NCBI GenBank assembly: GCA_947176765.1
Contig: CAMWRX010000005.1
Coordinates: forward strand, 3,771-67,770
DNA length: 64,000 bases
Source of the DNA: an uncultured bacterium
GTDB taxonomy: Bacteria > Bacillota > Clostridia > Oscillospirales > Oscillospiraceae
Reading direction: 5' to 3'
Shown here: positions 29,401 through 38,794 of the stretch, piece after piece
Layout: each line of letters starts with the position of its first letter
Numbering within the stretch: the first letter of the stretch is position 1
Position numbers and translations under genes: made by a program
The notes under the pieces: model-generated
Seen by the model: the letters and a program-made list of their open reading frames with translations, nothing else
Database searches by the model: none
What the model was told of the DNA's origin: nothing

Positions 29401-30048
29401 ATGAACGCATTGAATGAAGCCATTTCCAAGATCGGCGTGGTGCCCGTCATCAAGCTGAACAACCCCGAGCGGGACGCCGCCCCGTTGGCGCGCGCCCTGT
29501 GCGCCGGCGGCGTGCCGGTGGCGGAGGTCACCTTCCGGGCCGCGGGCGCGGACAAGGCCATCAGGCTGATGCGGGAAGCCTGCCCCGAAATGATGGTGGG
29601 CGCGGGCACCGTTACCACCACCGCCCACGTGGACGCCACCATCGCGGCGGGCGGGCAGTTCATCGTCACCCCCGGCTTCGACCCGGAGATCGTGGCCTAC
29701 TGCCAGGAGAAGAACATCCCCATCTATCCCGGCTGCACCACCCCCACCGACTACCACGCGGCGCTGAAGTTCGGCTTGGAGCTCATCAAGTTCTTCCCCG
29801 CCGAGCAGTCCGGCGGCCTTGCCAAGATCAAGGCCATGGCGGCCCCGTTCCCCCAGTTTAAGGTCATGCCTACCGGCGGCATCTCCCTGAAGAACCTGAA
29901 GGAGTACCTCTCCGCCCCCGTGATCGCCGCCTGCGGCGGCTCCTACATGGTCACCGCCGACCTGATCGACGGCCAGAAGTGGGACGAGATCACCGAGCTG
30001 TGCAAGAAATCCATTGAAATCGTGAAGGAGGCCCGCAATCATGGCTAA
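29401..30048 (+). CDS. eda: KDPG/KHG aldolase
   Basis: EVTFR, GAGTV, VTPG, KFFPA, MPTGGI. Confidence 0.95.
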   Translation: MNALNEAISKIGVVPVIKLNNPERDAAPLARALCAGGVPVAEVTFRAAGADKAIRLMREACPEMMVGAGTVTTTAHVDATIAAGGQFIVTPGFDPEIVAYCQEKNIPIYPGCTTPTDYHAALKFGLELIKFFPAEQSGGLAKIKAMAAPFPQFKVMPTGGISLKNLKEYLSAPVIAACGGSYMVTADLIDGQKWDEITELCKKSIEIVKEARNHG

Positions 30049-31069
30049 AGTAGTAACCTTTGGTGAGCTGATGATCCGGCTCCAGCCCTACAACTATGAG
30101 CGCTTCGTCCAGGCCGACCACCTGGAATTCTCCTTCGGCGGCGGCGAGGCCAACGTGGCCGTGTCCCTGGCCAACTACGGCCTGGACGCCATTTACGTCA
30201 CCAAGCTGCCCGCCCACGCCATCGGCCAGGCGGCGGTGAACTCCCTGCGGCGCTACGGCGTGGACACGACCAAGATCACCCGCGGCGGCGACCGGGTGGG
30301 CATCTACTTCAACGAGAAGGGCGCCTCCCAGCGGGGCAGCGTGTGCATTTACGACCGGGCCCACTCCGCTATCCAAGAGGCCACCACCGCCGACTTCGAC
30401 TGGGACGCCATCTTCGAGGGCGTGGATTGGTTCCATTTCACCGGCATCACCCCGGCTCTCGGCCCCAATGTCGTCGAGATATGCAGGGAAGCCTGCAAGG
30501 CCGCCAAGGCCCACGGCGTCAAGATCTCCTGCGACCTCAATTACCGCGGCAAGCTGTGGACCCGGGAGCAGGCCCGCGCCGCCATGACCGATCTGTGCCA
30601 GTATGTGGACGTGTGCATCTCCAACGAGGAGGACGCCAAAGACGTGTTCGGCATCGAGGCTGAGGCCACCGACATCTACGCCGGCGAGATCAACCGGGAG
30701 GGCTATAAGTCCGTGGCCAAGCAGCTGGCGGACAGGTTCGGCTTCGAGAAGGTGGCCATCACCCTGCGGGAGAGCCACTCCGCCTTCGACAACGGCTGGT
30801 CCGCTATGCTGTACGACGTGGCGTCCGGCGAGTACTGCTTCTCCAAGAAGTACGAGCTGCACATCATCGACCGGGTGGGCGGCGGCGACAGCTTCGGCGG
30901 CGGGCTGATCTACGCCCTGCTGAACGGCTACAGCACCCAGGGCGCGGTGGAGTTCGCCGTGGCGGCATCCGCCTTAAAACACTCCATCGAGGGCGACTAC
31001 AACATGGTCACCGTCTCCGAGGTGGAGAAGCTGGCCGGCGGCGATGGCTCCGGGCGCATTCAACGGTAG
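30041..31069 (+). CDS. kdgK: 2-keto-3-deoxygluconate kinase (PfkB family)
   Basis: FGGGEANVAVSLA, DLNYR.KLW, DRVGGGDSF. Confidence 0.93.
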   Translation: MAKVVTFGELMIRLQPYNYERFVQADHLEFSFGGGEANVAVSLANYGLDAIYVTKLPAHAIGQAAVNSLRRYGVDTTKITRGGDRVGIYFNEKGASQRGSVCIYDRAHSAIQEATTADFDWDAIFEGVDWFHFTGITPALGPNVVEICREACKAAKAHGVKISCDLNYRGKLWTREQARAAMTDLCQYVDVCISNEEDAKDVFGIEAEATDIYAGEINREGYKSVAKQLADRFGFEKVAITLRESHSAFDNGWSAMLYDVASGEYCFSKKYELHIIDRVGGGDSFGGGLIYALLNGYSTQGAVEFAVAASALKHSIEGDYNMVTVSEVEKLAGGDGSGRIQR

Positions 31070-31096
31070 ACGTGTGCAGCCATATAGCATCTGCTC

Positions 31097-31807
31097 ATGG
31101 TGAAACGGCAGCTATTAATCGTGTCGGACGACCCCACACTCTGCCATTCCATCCAGAATGAACTGGAAAGCGACGCAACTGAGGTTCACAGTGCAGCATC
31201 TATTTCCGCAGCGGTCAAATGCATCACAAGCAGTGAGTATTGCCTGCTCATGGCAGATTTGCAATTACCAGGCATGGACAAACTGGAATTGGTTCGCGTT
31301 TTAAGAATCATGAAGCACGTCCCGATCATAGCCGTCAGTGACCATCTTCGAGCCGATGAATTGATTGATTTATACAACTCTGGCGCAGATGTTTATATGG
31401 AAAAACCAGTGGATGCCCGCATATGTGCGGCACAGGCTAAAGCGTTGATCGATCTGTTCTTTCGGGCTGACGAGGAATCGCGGAAGCGGGCAACCCTCGC
31501 ATTTGGATCCTCGTTGGTCGTCAGTCCATATCACCGGCAGGTCTTGATCGACGGAAAGCCTGTAGAATTAACGCGAAAAGAGTTCGACTTACTGCACTAC
31601 TTCGCTCAGCATCCGCATCAGGTGTTCAGCGCCGGACAGTTATACGAGCAAATCTGGGAAAACGCATTTGATGTGGGCGGTGAAAGCACTGTCATGGTGC
31701 ATATCAATACCCTGCGCAAGAAATTGGGCGAACTGGGGTCAATGGTCATACAGACTATGCGGGGCTATGGCTACCGCTTTGTCCCGCCGCCCGATACAGT
31801 ATCTTAA
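31097..31807 (+). CDS. Orphan OmpR-family response regulator
   Basis: Receiver (ADLQLPGMD) plus winged helix (LTRKEFDLLHYF...VHINTLRKKL...IQTMRGYGY); no histidine kinase nearby. Confidence 0.9.
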   Translation: MVKRQLLIVSDDPTLCHSIQNELESDATEVHSAASISAAVKCITSSEYCLLMADLQLPGMDKLELVRVLRIMKHVPIIAVSDHLRADELIDLYNSGADVYMEKPVDARICAAQAKALIDLFFRADEESRKRATLAFGSSLVVSPYHRQVLIDGKPVELTRKEFDLLHYFAQHPHQVFSAGQLYEQIWENAFDVGGESTVMVHINTLRKKLGELGSMVIQTMRGYGYRFVPPPDTVS

Positions 31808-31848
31808 AAGCCGAGGGAAACGCTTGCGTTGCGTTTCCTTCGGCTTTT
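31806..31848 (+). terminator. Intrinsic terminator
   Basis: AAAAGCCGAGGGAAACGC / GCGTTTCCTTCGGCTTTT. Confidence 0.8.
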
Positions 31849-31944
31849 GTCTTGTTAATCTTAGCGTTTTTTGAAAATTCTATGGGAACTGTTGAAATGA
31901 TACGTATTGCAGCTGTATAAGAGCAGTATAAGGAGGCGAAAGCC

Positions 31945-32859
31945 ATGTTAATTGCAATCGACCACGGAAATAAACTCGTGAAAATCCCAAACCACACACC
32001 ATTTACCTCCGGCATCCAGGAGAGCGACACCCCGCCCTACGGCGGAGAAACCTTGAAGTACAAAGGAAAATATTACACACTGTCGGACAAGCGCATCCCC
32101 TATCACCGGGACAAGACGGAAGATGATCGCTTTTTTATCCTGACACTGTTCGCTATTGCCTATGAAATCCAGGCTAAGGACGAGTACTCCCCCAACGTTA
32201 TGCGTGTCCAGCTGGCTGTGGGGCTCCCCCCTGCCCACTATGGAGCACAGCAAAAAGCCTTTACCAGCTACTTTTCCGAACGAGGGGTGGTACAATTCAA
32301 ATTTCAGAACCGAGCGTATTCCATCTACATTGATAAGGTGCTGTGCTTCCCCCAGGCGTATGCCGCCGCCGTTACCATCCTGCAATCGCTGCGGGACAAG
32401 CCAAAAGCCATCATCATTGACCAGGGTGGTATGACCACCGACCTGATGCTGCTGAAGGACGGGGTGGGCGACCTGTCAGTATGCGAATCCCTGGAGCACG
32501 GGGTAATCACCATGTATAACCAGGTGAAGTCCAAAGTGAGCGCGGAACTGGATGTGCTGCTGGAGGAATCGGAAATCGACGCGGTGCTCATGGGCCGGAA
32601 GGATCACGTCTCGGCGCAGGTAGCCGCCATGGTGGAACGGCAGGCCCAGGCGTTTGTCAACGACCTGTTCAGCACGCTCCGGGAACGGGGGTTGGAACTG
32701 AAATCCGGCGTGGTAGTCTTTGTGGGCGGCGGGGCAATCCTGCTGCGGCGGCAGATCGAAGCATCGGGCAAGGTTGGCACTCCCCTGTTTGTAGAGGATA
32801 TCCGGGCCAACGCCAAAGGGTTTGAGCTTTTGTATCGGCTCACAGCGGAAGGTAGGTAG
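31945..32859 (+). CDS. parM: ParM/StbA actin-like partition protein
   Basis: IAIDHGNKLVK, VGLPPAHY, IIDQGGMTTD, FVGGGAILL. Confidence 0.88.
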   Translation: MLIAIDHGNKLVKIPNHTPFTSGIQESDTPPYGGETLKYKGKYYTLSDKRIPYHRDKTEDDRFFILTLFAIAYEIQAKDEYSPNVMRVQLAVGLPPAHYGAQQKAFTSYFSERGVVQFKFQNRAYSIYIDKVLCFPQAYAAAVTILQSLRDKPKAIIIDQGGMTTDLMLLKDGVGDLSVCESLEHGVITMYNQVKSKVSAELDVLLEESEIDAVLMGRKDHVSAQVAAMVERQAQAFVNDLFSTLRERGLELKSGVVVFVGGGAILLRRQIEASGKVGTPLFVEDIRANAKGFELLYRLTAEGR

Positions 32860-32862
32860 GCC

Positions 32863-33222
32863 ATGGGCAACAAGAAGGATCCGGGCAAGTTTACCATTCG
32901 GTTCAATACCGCCGATCCCCAGCAGCAGGCGGTGGTGGATATACTTAACCGGCAGGGACGGTATAAAGCCCAGTTCATCACCAACGCTGTGCTTCTCTAC
33001 ACATATGCCGCCTCGGATGCCCAGACTGCCCCTCTGCAAAACAGCGCGGTAATTCAGCGCGTCATGGCAGATCAGCGCCTTAAATATCGGGATGGCACAA
33101 CAGCCGCAGAAAACGGTGCGATTGAGCCGGATTGTGCGCCATCCCCTATCTGGGGCAGTGACCTAAAAGATACTGAGCTGGACGCGATCCGCAAAACAAT
33201 GGAAGTATTTCACCCAAAATAA
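32863..33222 (+). CDS. ParR/StbB-like adaptor (RHH-like N-terminus)
   Basis: Directly follows parM; FTIRFN..DP.QQ.VVDILN.QGRYKAQFITNAV. Confidence 0.7.
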   Translation: MGNKKDPGKFTIRFNTADPQQQAVVDILNRQGRYKAQFITNAVLLYTYAASDAQTAPLQNSAVIQRVMADQRLKYRDGTTAAENGAIEPDCAPSPIWGSDLKDTELDAIRKTMEVFHPK

Positions 33223-33293
33223 AAAGAAAGCGGGGTATTGGGTGCCCCCGCATAGGGATATCTGCAATTCGGGGAAGTACCCCGGCAGGAATC

Positions 33294-33377
33294 ATGCTGA
33301 GAGTTATCAAAATTTGCGAGAAACTGAACTACAATATTGCCGATGTGATTACGCTGGTGCCAGACGACAACCCGTAA
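33294..33377 (+). pseudogene. C-terminal fragment of a Cro/C1-type (HTH_26-like) regulator
   Basis: MLRVIKICEKLNYNIADVITLVPDDNP* resembles the KLCDIIGCTPNDVV-type tail of the intact gene at 56399. Confidence 0.5.
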
Positions 33378-33453
33378 GGGGGAAAAAGTATCATGCCGGA
33401 TAACAGATCAGCTCATATGTATGTTGGGAAGAATCGGTCACTATCGTGAATTC

Positions 33454-33491
33454 AAAAGGCCATGCGCTTCAGAATGAGCGCATGGCCTTTT
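33454..33491. terminator. Terminator hairpin downstream of tetR (minus strand)
   Basis: AAAAGGCCATGCGCT / AGCGCATGGCCTTTT. Confidence 0.8.
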
Positions 33492-33510
33492 TGTATACGA
33501 AAGCTGTCTG

Positions 33511-34029
33511 CTATGACATCAACTGCATCCTTTCAAAGATTTCCGTCATTTCCTCAGCTGATTCAAAGAAGTCGCGTTTTATCCATTCATCAAGTAAACC
33601 AAACAAAGCGTAGGAATAGAAGCGAATGTAATAGCATTCTACAGGATCAACACTATCATATGGGGCCATGACAGAATAAAACGCGTCATAGATCGCCGTC
33701 TGTAAGCCACGTTTATAGATCAAAGAGAGTAATTCTCTGTTGGCAAAATTGAAGGCATAGAACTCTGGCGCATTTTTAACTGAATAACGCCTATGGTCCT
33801 TCATGTTATGGCTTTCTGCCCATCTTTCCCATAAACATATCAGCTTAAAGGTTATCAATTCATTTTTCGATGAGAAATTGCGGAAATATGTAGTCCGACC
33901 CACCCGGGAAATCTGTGCAATTTCAGGAATTGTGATCTTTTCAATGGGCTTTGTCTCTAAAAGTTTAATCAGCCCGTCGGCCAAACACTCCTTCAAAAAA
34001 TTTGTCGTTCGAGCATTTCCGCCCATCAT
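33511..34029 (-). CDS. TetR/AcrR family regulator
   Basis: KPIEKITIPEIAQISRVGRTTYFRNF. Confidence 0.9.
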   Translation of the reverse strand: MMGGNARTTNFLKECLADGLIKLLETKPIEKITIPEIAQISRVGRTTYFRNFSSKNELITFKLICLWERWAESHNMKDHRRYSVKNAPEFYAFNFANRELLSLIYKRGLQTAIYDAFYSVMAPYDSVDPVECYYIRFYSYALFGLLDEWIKRDFFESAEEMTEIFERMQLMS

Positions 34030-34196
34030 TGCCACCTCATGAAGAAAAGGTATTTTTTTCGAGTTTAGTACCGTTTCCGTCTGCTGCTCTTGTCAGCTTA
34101 GCGCGGAAGTCGTATTATAGTGCTAATTAGGAATGAACGTACCACTTAACAATAGCAGTAACTGAAAAAAATGTCAATAAAGTGGAGGCAAATGAG

Positions 34197-35246
34197 ATGG
34201 AAAAAGATCAGATCAGGTTAAAAAAGAAGGGGCACAAAATATTAAAAGGAGTTGGTATTGCCTTATGTGTTCTTCTTCTGATTGCCGCAGGTGCGTATGT
34301 GTATATAACTACTCACCCACAAGCCATTATTGGCTTGATTCAAAAAGGAATGTACGGCGACAGCAGCCCCAACTCTTTTGAACCGCTGTACACGCCGGGC
34401 GAGGGAACAACTGCAAACGGGCAGTATAAGATCAATGACATCGCCTACGGCACAGAATATCCCAACAGCTTCTTGGATATCACGTATCCCGATTCCGATA
34501 CGGAGGTCAGCCGCCCGACACTGTTCTACTTCCACGGAGGCGGCTTCTTTGGCGGGAGCAAGAATATGGGCGACCCTATGGCCGCCAGTGAAGCAACGGC
34601 TCTTATAGATGACCTGTGCGCACAGGGTTACAATATTGTTAACGTGGATTACGCCCTTGTCCCGGATTGTCATTTCCCGGTCCCACTGATTCAGATGAAC
34701 GAGGCAATCCACTTTATTGAAAAACATAAAGACGAATACCATATCAACATGGATAACATCATTCTCATGGGAAGCTCCGCAGGGGCGATTATGACTGCGC
34801 AATACGGCACAATTATAACCAATCCGGAATACGCGGCGCTGCTGGAAATTGAGCCGGCTCTGCGCCCGGAGCAGGTTTCCGCTGTGGTCATTGACGACGG
34901 TCCCATTGACTACAGACATATGGCATTGGCGTGCAAGCTGCTGGTAGGAAATTACGTAAAAGGCTCCATCTATCTGAATGAGGATGAGCTGGACCGATAT
35001 GAGTGCATCCCACACATGACTTCAGATTATCCTGCGGCATTCCTGCTGGGCAGCGAATATCGGATTGACATGATCGCGATGGGCGAGAAGCTACAGGAAG
35101 TGGGCGCAAAATATATCCTGATAGACCCTCTCGCGGAGCATGGGGAGGAGAAGCCGCATTGCTTTGTTGCCGCAGAGCGCGCAGACCCGATTGCAAAAGA
35201 AGCGTTTGACCGCCTGACGGCCTTTCTGAAAGAAAGGACCAGCTAA
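34197..35246 (+). CDS. Alpha/beta hydrolase (HSL-like esterase) with N-terminal membrane anchor
   Basis: YFHGGGF, MGSSAG nucleophile, terminal H in KPHCF; hydrophobic N-terminus after a Lys-rich stretch. Confidence 0.88.
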   Translation: MEKDQIRLKKKGHKILKGVGIALCVLLLIAAGAYVYITTHPQAIIGLIQKGMYGDSSPNSFEPLYTPGEGTTANGQYKINDIAYGTEYPNSFLDITYPDSDTEVSRPTLFYFHGGGFFGGSKNMGDPMAASEATALIDDLCAQGYNIVNVDYALVPDCHFPVPLIQMNEAIHFIEKHKDEYHINMDNIILMGSSAGAIMTAQYGTIITNPEYAALLEIEPALRPEQVSAVVIDDGPIDYRHMALACKLLVGNYVKGSIYLNEDELDRYECIPHMTSDYPAAFLLGSEYRIDMIAMGEKLQEVGAKYILIDPLAEHGEEKPHCFVAAERADPIAKEAFDRLTAFLKERTS

Positions 35247-35277
35247 ACTTTGGAGAGCAGCTCCAAATGGAGGAAGG

Positions 35278-36798
35278 ATGTATATGAAAAAGATAATTCG
35301 GCGTGTTTTTTCGATTTTACCCGCAGTAATACTCCAGCTTGTTTGGCTCTGCATCCTGTTTACATGGCTGGCACCATGGGCTGCGGCAATTAACCTGCTC
35401 CTGTCTGTGCTGTCGCTCCTGTTTGTTTTGTATATCACAACAAAGCAAGACGAAGGAACCTACAAAATCCTTTGGCTCCTGGTCATTTTGACGGTCCCGC
35501 TTCCCGGAACGATTTTATATTTGCTCTTTGGAAACAAACGGACAACAAAGCCCTTGCGGAAAAGGCTGGAGCAAGTCAGTCTATCCCCGGCCCAGGCAGA
35601 TGACACACGGCAGATTTATGAGGCGCTGGAGACAGAAGATCGCCGCATGGCTCAGACATTTCAGTGTGTCCAGCGCACAACGGGGTTTCCGCTTTGTGTC
35701 AACACCCAGGCAGTCTATTTCCCCCTGGGCGATGAGCTGTTTCCGGCCATGCTGGAGGAAATGAAGAAAGCAGAGCGGTTTATTTTCGCAGAATACTTCA
35801 TTGTCGAGAATGGCCTGATGTGGGATTCCATAGTGGAGATCATGGCGGAAAAGGCGGCGCAGGGCGTAGATGTGCGGGTGATGTATGACGATCTCGGAAG
35901 CATTTCCACTTATTCAAAGGAGAATGTTAAAACCTTGCAAAAAAGAGGAATCCAGTGTATCGCCTTTAACCCACTTACGTCCATCAAAGGCACTCTGAAC
36001 TACCGCGATCATCGGAAGATGCTGGTGATCGACGGTAAGGCTGCGTTCAGCGGTGGGGTCAATCTGGCTGACGAGTACATCAATCATGTGGAAAAATTTG
36101 GGCACTGGAAAGATGTCGGGTTCCGGCTCACCGGTTCGGGTGTGGCAAATTACACCAGAATGTTTGCTGAGTTTTGGAACGCCTTTTCCAATAACCCAAT
36201 TCCCGACGAGCTGCTGGCAGGAGTCCCCAAGTCAGCGTCGGAAACGCAGGATGGATACATTCTCAGCTATTATGACTCCCCCCTGCGCCATCAGCCGGTC
36301 AGCAACGAGCTCTACATTGAGCTGCTGTCACAGGCAAAGGATTCCGCATGGTTTTTTACCCCCTACCTGATGCTGGGCGACGCTTTACTCGATGCCTTTG
36401 TCCGCGCGGCCCGCCGCGGGATTGATGTGCGGATCATCATGCCGGGTGTTCCGGATAAGAAGCTGGTCTTTCGTATGTCCCGGAGCTTTTACCCTGTTCT
36501 GCTGGAAGCGGGGGTTAAAATTTACGAGTACACCCCCGGCTTTGTCCACGCAAAAGGCTGTGTGGTTGACGGCATCGTGGGCACCGTGGGAACGGTCAAC
36601 CTGGACTACCGCAGTCTGTTTCTCCACTTTGAAAACAATTCCCTATTTTACCGGGCATCTCTGCTGGAAGCAGTGAAATCTGATTTCCTGGACACACAGG
36701 CGCAGTGCCGGGAAATGAAGCTGGGTGAGAATGTCAATATCAATTTTTGGCATTGGATATTGGATGGTATTCTGCGTATTTTTGCCCCACTCTGCTAA
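35278..36798 (+). CDS. cls: Cardiolipin synthase (alternative start 35284)
   Basis: PLDc_N membrane domain, RDHRKMLVIDG and FVHAKGCVVDG HKD motifs, GTVNLDYRS. Confidence 0.93.
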   Translation: MYMKKIIRRVFSILPAVILQLVWLCILFTWLAPWAAAINLLLSVLSLLFVLYITTKQDEGTYKILWLLVILTVPLPGTILYLLFGNKRTTKPLRKRLEQVSLSPAQADDTRQIYEALETEDRRMAQTFQCVQRTTGFPLCVNTQAVYFPLGDELFPAMLEEMKKAERFIFAEYFIVENGLMWDSIVEIMAEKAAQGVDVRVMYDDLGSISTYSKENVKTLQKRGIQCIAFNPLTSIKGTLNYRDHRKMLVIDGKAAFSGGVNLADEYINHVEKFGHWKDVGFRLTGSGVANYTRMFAEFWNAFSNNPIPDELLAGVPKSASETQDGYILSYYDSPLRHQPVSNELYIELLSQAKDSAWFFTPYLMLGDALLDAFVRAARRGIDVRIIMPGVPDKKLVFRMSRSFYPVLLEAGVKIYEYTPGFVHAKGCVVDGIVGTVGTVNLDYRSLFLHFENNSLFYRASLLEAVKSDFLDTQAQCREMKLGENVNINFWHWILDGILRIFAPLC

Positions 36799-37055
36799 AC
36801 AAATGCCATAGCGATACAACATCGAACATCGCCTGCATCCAAGGGCAAGGAAAAACTTTTGCAATGGAAACATTAAAATAACGGAGGCATCCAATTATGG
36901 CGATTGTGTTAATCGTGCTCAAAGAGTAAGGATTGCAGATAAGCGATAGCATGGGAGCTAAAAATTCTACTTGTGGCTGGGCGCTGTATTACGCAATATA
37001 CGCAAAGGCGAGCTACATAATGTAATATTGTCAACTGAATTTTATTTCGTGTAAG

Positions 37056-37103
37056 CATAGTTAAAGTGCAGCGGTTGTAGCCAATCGCTGCACTTTAACT
37101 ATG
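37056..37103. repeat. 22-bp near-perfect inverted repeat with 4-nt loop
   Basis: CATAGTTAAAGTGCAGCGGTTG-TAGC-CAATCGCTGCACTTTAACTATG (one G:T mismatch). Confidence 0.9.
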
Positions 37104-37152
37104 GTTGTCTTGTTGTTATCCTTGTGCGGGGTGGCCCTTGTCTCGCTTTCTT

Positions 37153-37479
37153 TCATTTTTCGGTTGCAACCGCGATAAAACTGTCTATAATATTTTCCAG
37201 ATACCGGTATTGCACCGGGGAGAGACAGGCAACCTTTTTCGCCAGGATGGAATGATCGGTGTCCGATATCCTCCCCAGCAGGAGATAATCCGGGCTGACC
37301 TCCAAAGCAGTACATATCTTGATGAGGTTGGCAGGGCGCAGCGCTTTTTTGCCCAGTTCCGCCGTGGAAACCATCTGCGGCGTCACGCCGGCGGCCTCCG
37401 CGAGCTCCTCCTGAGTCATGCACAGCTGTTTCCGCCGGGCAAGAATGCGCTCTCCCATCTCACGGAGCAGGTCATCCAT
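37153..37479 (-). CDS. XRE-family HTH regulator
   Basis: MGERILARRKQLCMTQEELAEAAGVTPQMVSTAELG; GGAGGT RBS. Confidence 0.9.
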   Translation of the reverse strand: MDDLLREMGERILARRKQLCMTQEELAEAAGVTPQMVSTAELGKKALRPANLIKICTALEVSPDYLLLGRISDTDHSILAKKVACLSPVQYRYLENIIDSFIAVATEK

Positions 37480-37548
37480 GTGCATACCTCCTATCCATTC
37501 CATGGAGGTATTTTATCTTCTATCACATCATTTGATAAGCGCTCATGG

Positions 37549-37577
37549 TTGAAATAATTCTTCTATGGCGTTATACT
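37549..37577 (+). promoter_or_regulatory. Sigma70 promoter for the SLOG gene
   Basis: TTGAAA-17nt-TATACT. Confidence 0.65.
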
Positions 37578-37594
37578 ATAAAATATGAGGGGGA

Positions 37595-38134
37595 ATGTTA
37601 ATGAAGACCTGCGCAATCATCGGCCACCGGCCAACGCGCTTCAAGTTCAAGTACAAAGAAAACAACACGGGCTGCAAACGGTTGAAAAAGCGACTCCATG
37701 ACCAGTTCATTTTACTCTATGAGCAGGGCGTGCGACGGTTTTTGATTGGCGGCAGTCTGGGTGTGGACATATGGAGCGGCGAGATCCTGCTGAAGCTAAA
37801 AGAGCAGCCGGAATATGGCGGCATTGAATTGGTGCTGATACTGCCCCATCCGGGCCATGATGCCCATTGGGATCAGCGGAGCAAAGCCCGTTTGGCGTTC
37901 CTCCTGGCACACAGCATTGAGAATACGACCATAGGGACGCAGGGGAACGCGGAAGACTATTTCAAAAGGAACCGCTATATGGTGGAGCATTCGGATTATT
38001 TGCTGGCGGTCTATGACAATGACCGAACTATCTCCAGCGGAACCGGGAAAACAGTACAGTACGCGGAAAAGCTGGGGAAGCCAGTCATTTTGATCCACCC
38101 AGATACAGGGATTGTCAGCGGAAATGTCACATAG
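37595..38134 (+). CDS. SLOG superfamily protein (DUF1273/YpsA-like)
   Basis: CAIIGHRP, FLIGGSLGVDIW, KRNRYMVEHSDYLLAVYD, GTGKTVQYA. Confidence 0.85.
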   Translation: MLMKTCAIIGHRPTRFKFKYKENNTGCKRLKKRLHDQFILLYEQGVRRFLIGGSLGVDIWSGEILLKLKEQPEYGGIELVLILPHPGHDAHWDQRSKARLAFLLAHSIENTTIGTQGNAEDYFKRNRYMVEHSDYLLAVYDNDRTISSGTGKTVQYAEKLGKPVILIHPDTGIVSGNVT

Positions 38135-38171
38135 AGAGCGCCGGGGGTTGTCGGTCCCCCGGCGCTCTTTT
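38135..38171 (+). terminator. Intrinsic terminator
   Basis: AGAGCGCCGGGGG / CCCCCGGCGCTCT + TTT. Confidence 0.85.
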
Positions 38172-38794
38172 ACTGTGCGCAGGCTACCGCTTCTTCAATG
38201 ATCTTGATGATATGCTCCCGCTTATCCGGCGGAACCGATTTTATTGGATTTTGGCGAACCTGACAGGTCATGAGGTCAGGATTTGTCGAGTGCTGTCGAA
38301 CGGTTTTAGCCTGACCTTCAGAGACCTTAAAAAGATTTTAGGTAAACAAACTAAAATGGCAAATAATGGCGGCAGATAAAAATCAAAACCATTCGCTATT
38401 CAATCAATCATGAGAAGGTGAATGATACACCGACAAAGTCATTATTAGATTTTTGTATGGAGACTCTGCTATCTCAGCACTGTACAGTTACATTTTTAAT
38501 ATGATCGGCAAGGCGGCAGCTCACGCTGCCATGCTTCTGCGTAAATAACAGGAACGACCCTGTCGCCTGTGTGCCGGCAACAGTCAACGGAAGAAGGTTT
38601 CTATGTGATGGATGCTTCTCGCCATCGCATTGAGACGGTCCGCCGTTTCTATGTGCCAGGACACACCACTTACAGAGATCTGCGGCACTATGCTCGACCG
38701 CATGGCTCGGGTCGTACAAAGTCAATGCGCAAAACAGATGACCCACCGCCTGCTGATGAAAGCTACTCAAACGGACCTCCCAATGCCCTACCAA

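Noticed and set aside
9630-30862. Long antisense ORFs (9630-11345, 14835-16571, 18665-21286, 25833-27899, 27826-29229, 29395-30042, 29990-30862)
   Set aside because: They are shadows of GC3-rich genes with clear family motifs on the opposite strand; they have no RBS or recognisable motifs.
22862-31069. Xylose/hexuronate operon as a novelty in itself
   Set aside because: Standard uxaC-uxuB-uxuA-kdgK-eda chemistry; interesting only in the context of the glycoside cluster.
31850-31944. parC centromere upstream of parM
   Set aside because: No convincing iterated repeats visible.
38170-38300. Short minus-strand reading fragment (..PPDKREHIIKIIEEAVACAQ*) resembling an XRE C-terminus
   Set aside because: Too short to support a pseudogene call without a search.
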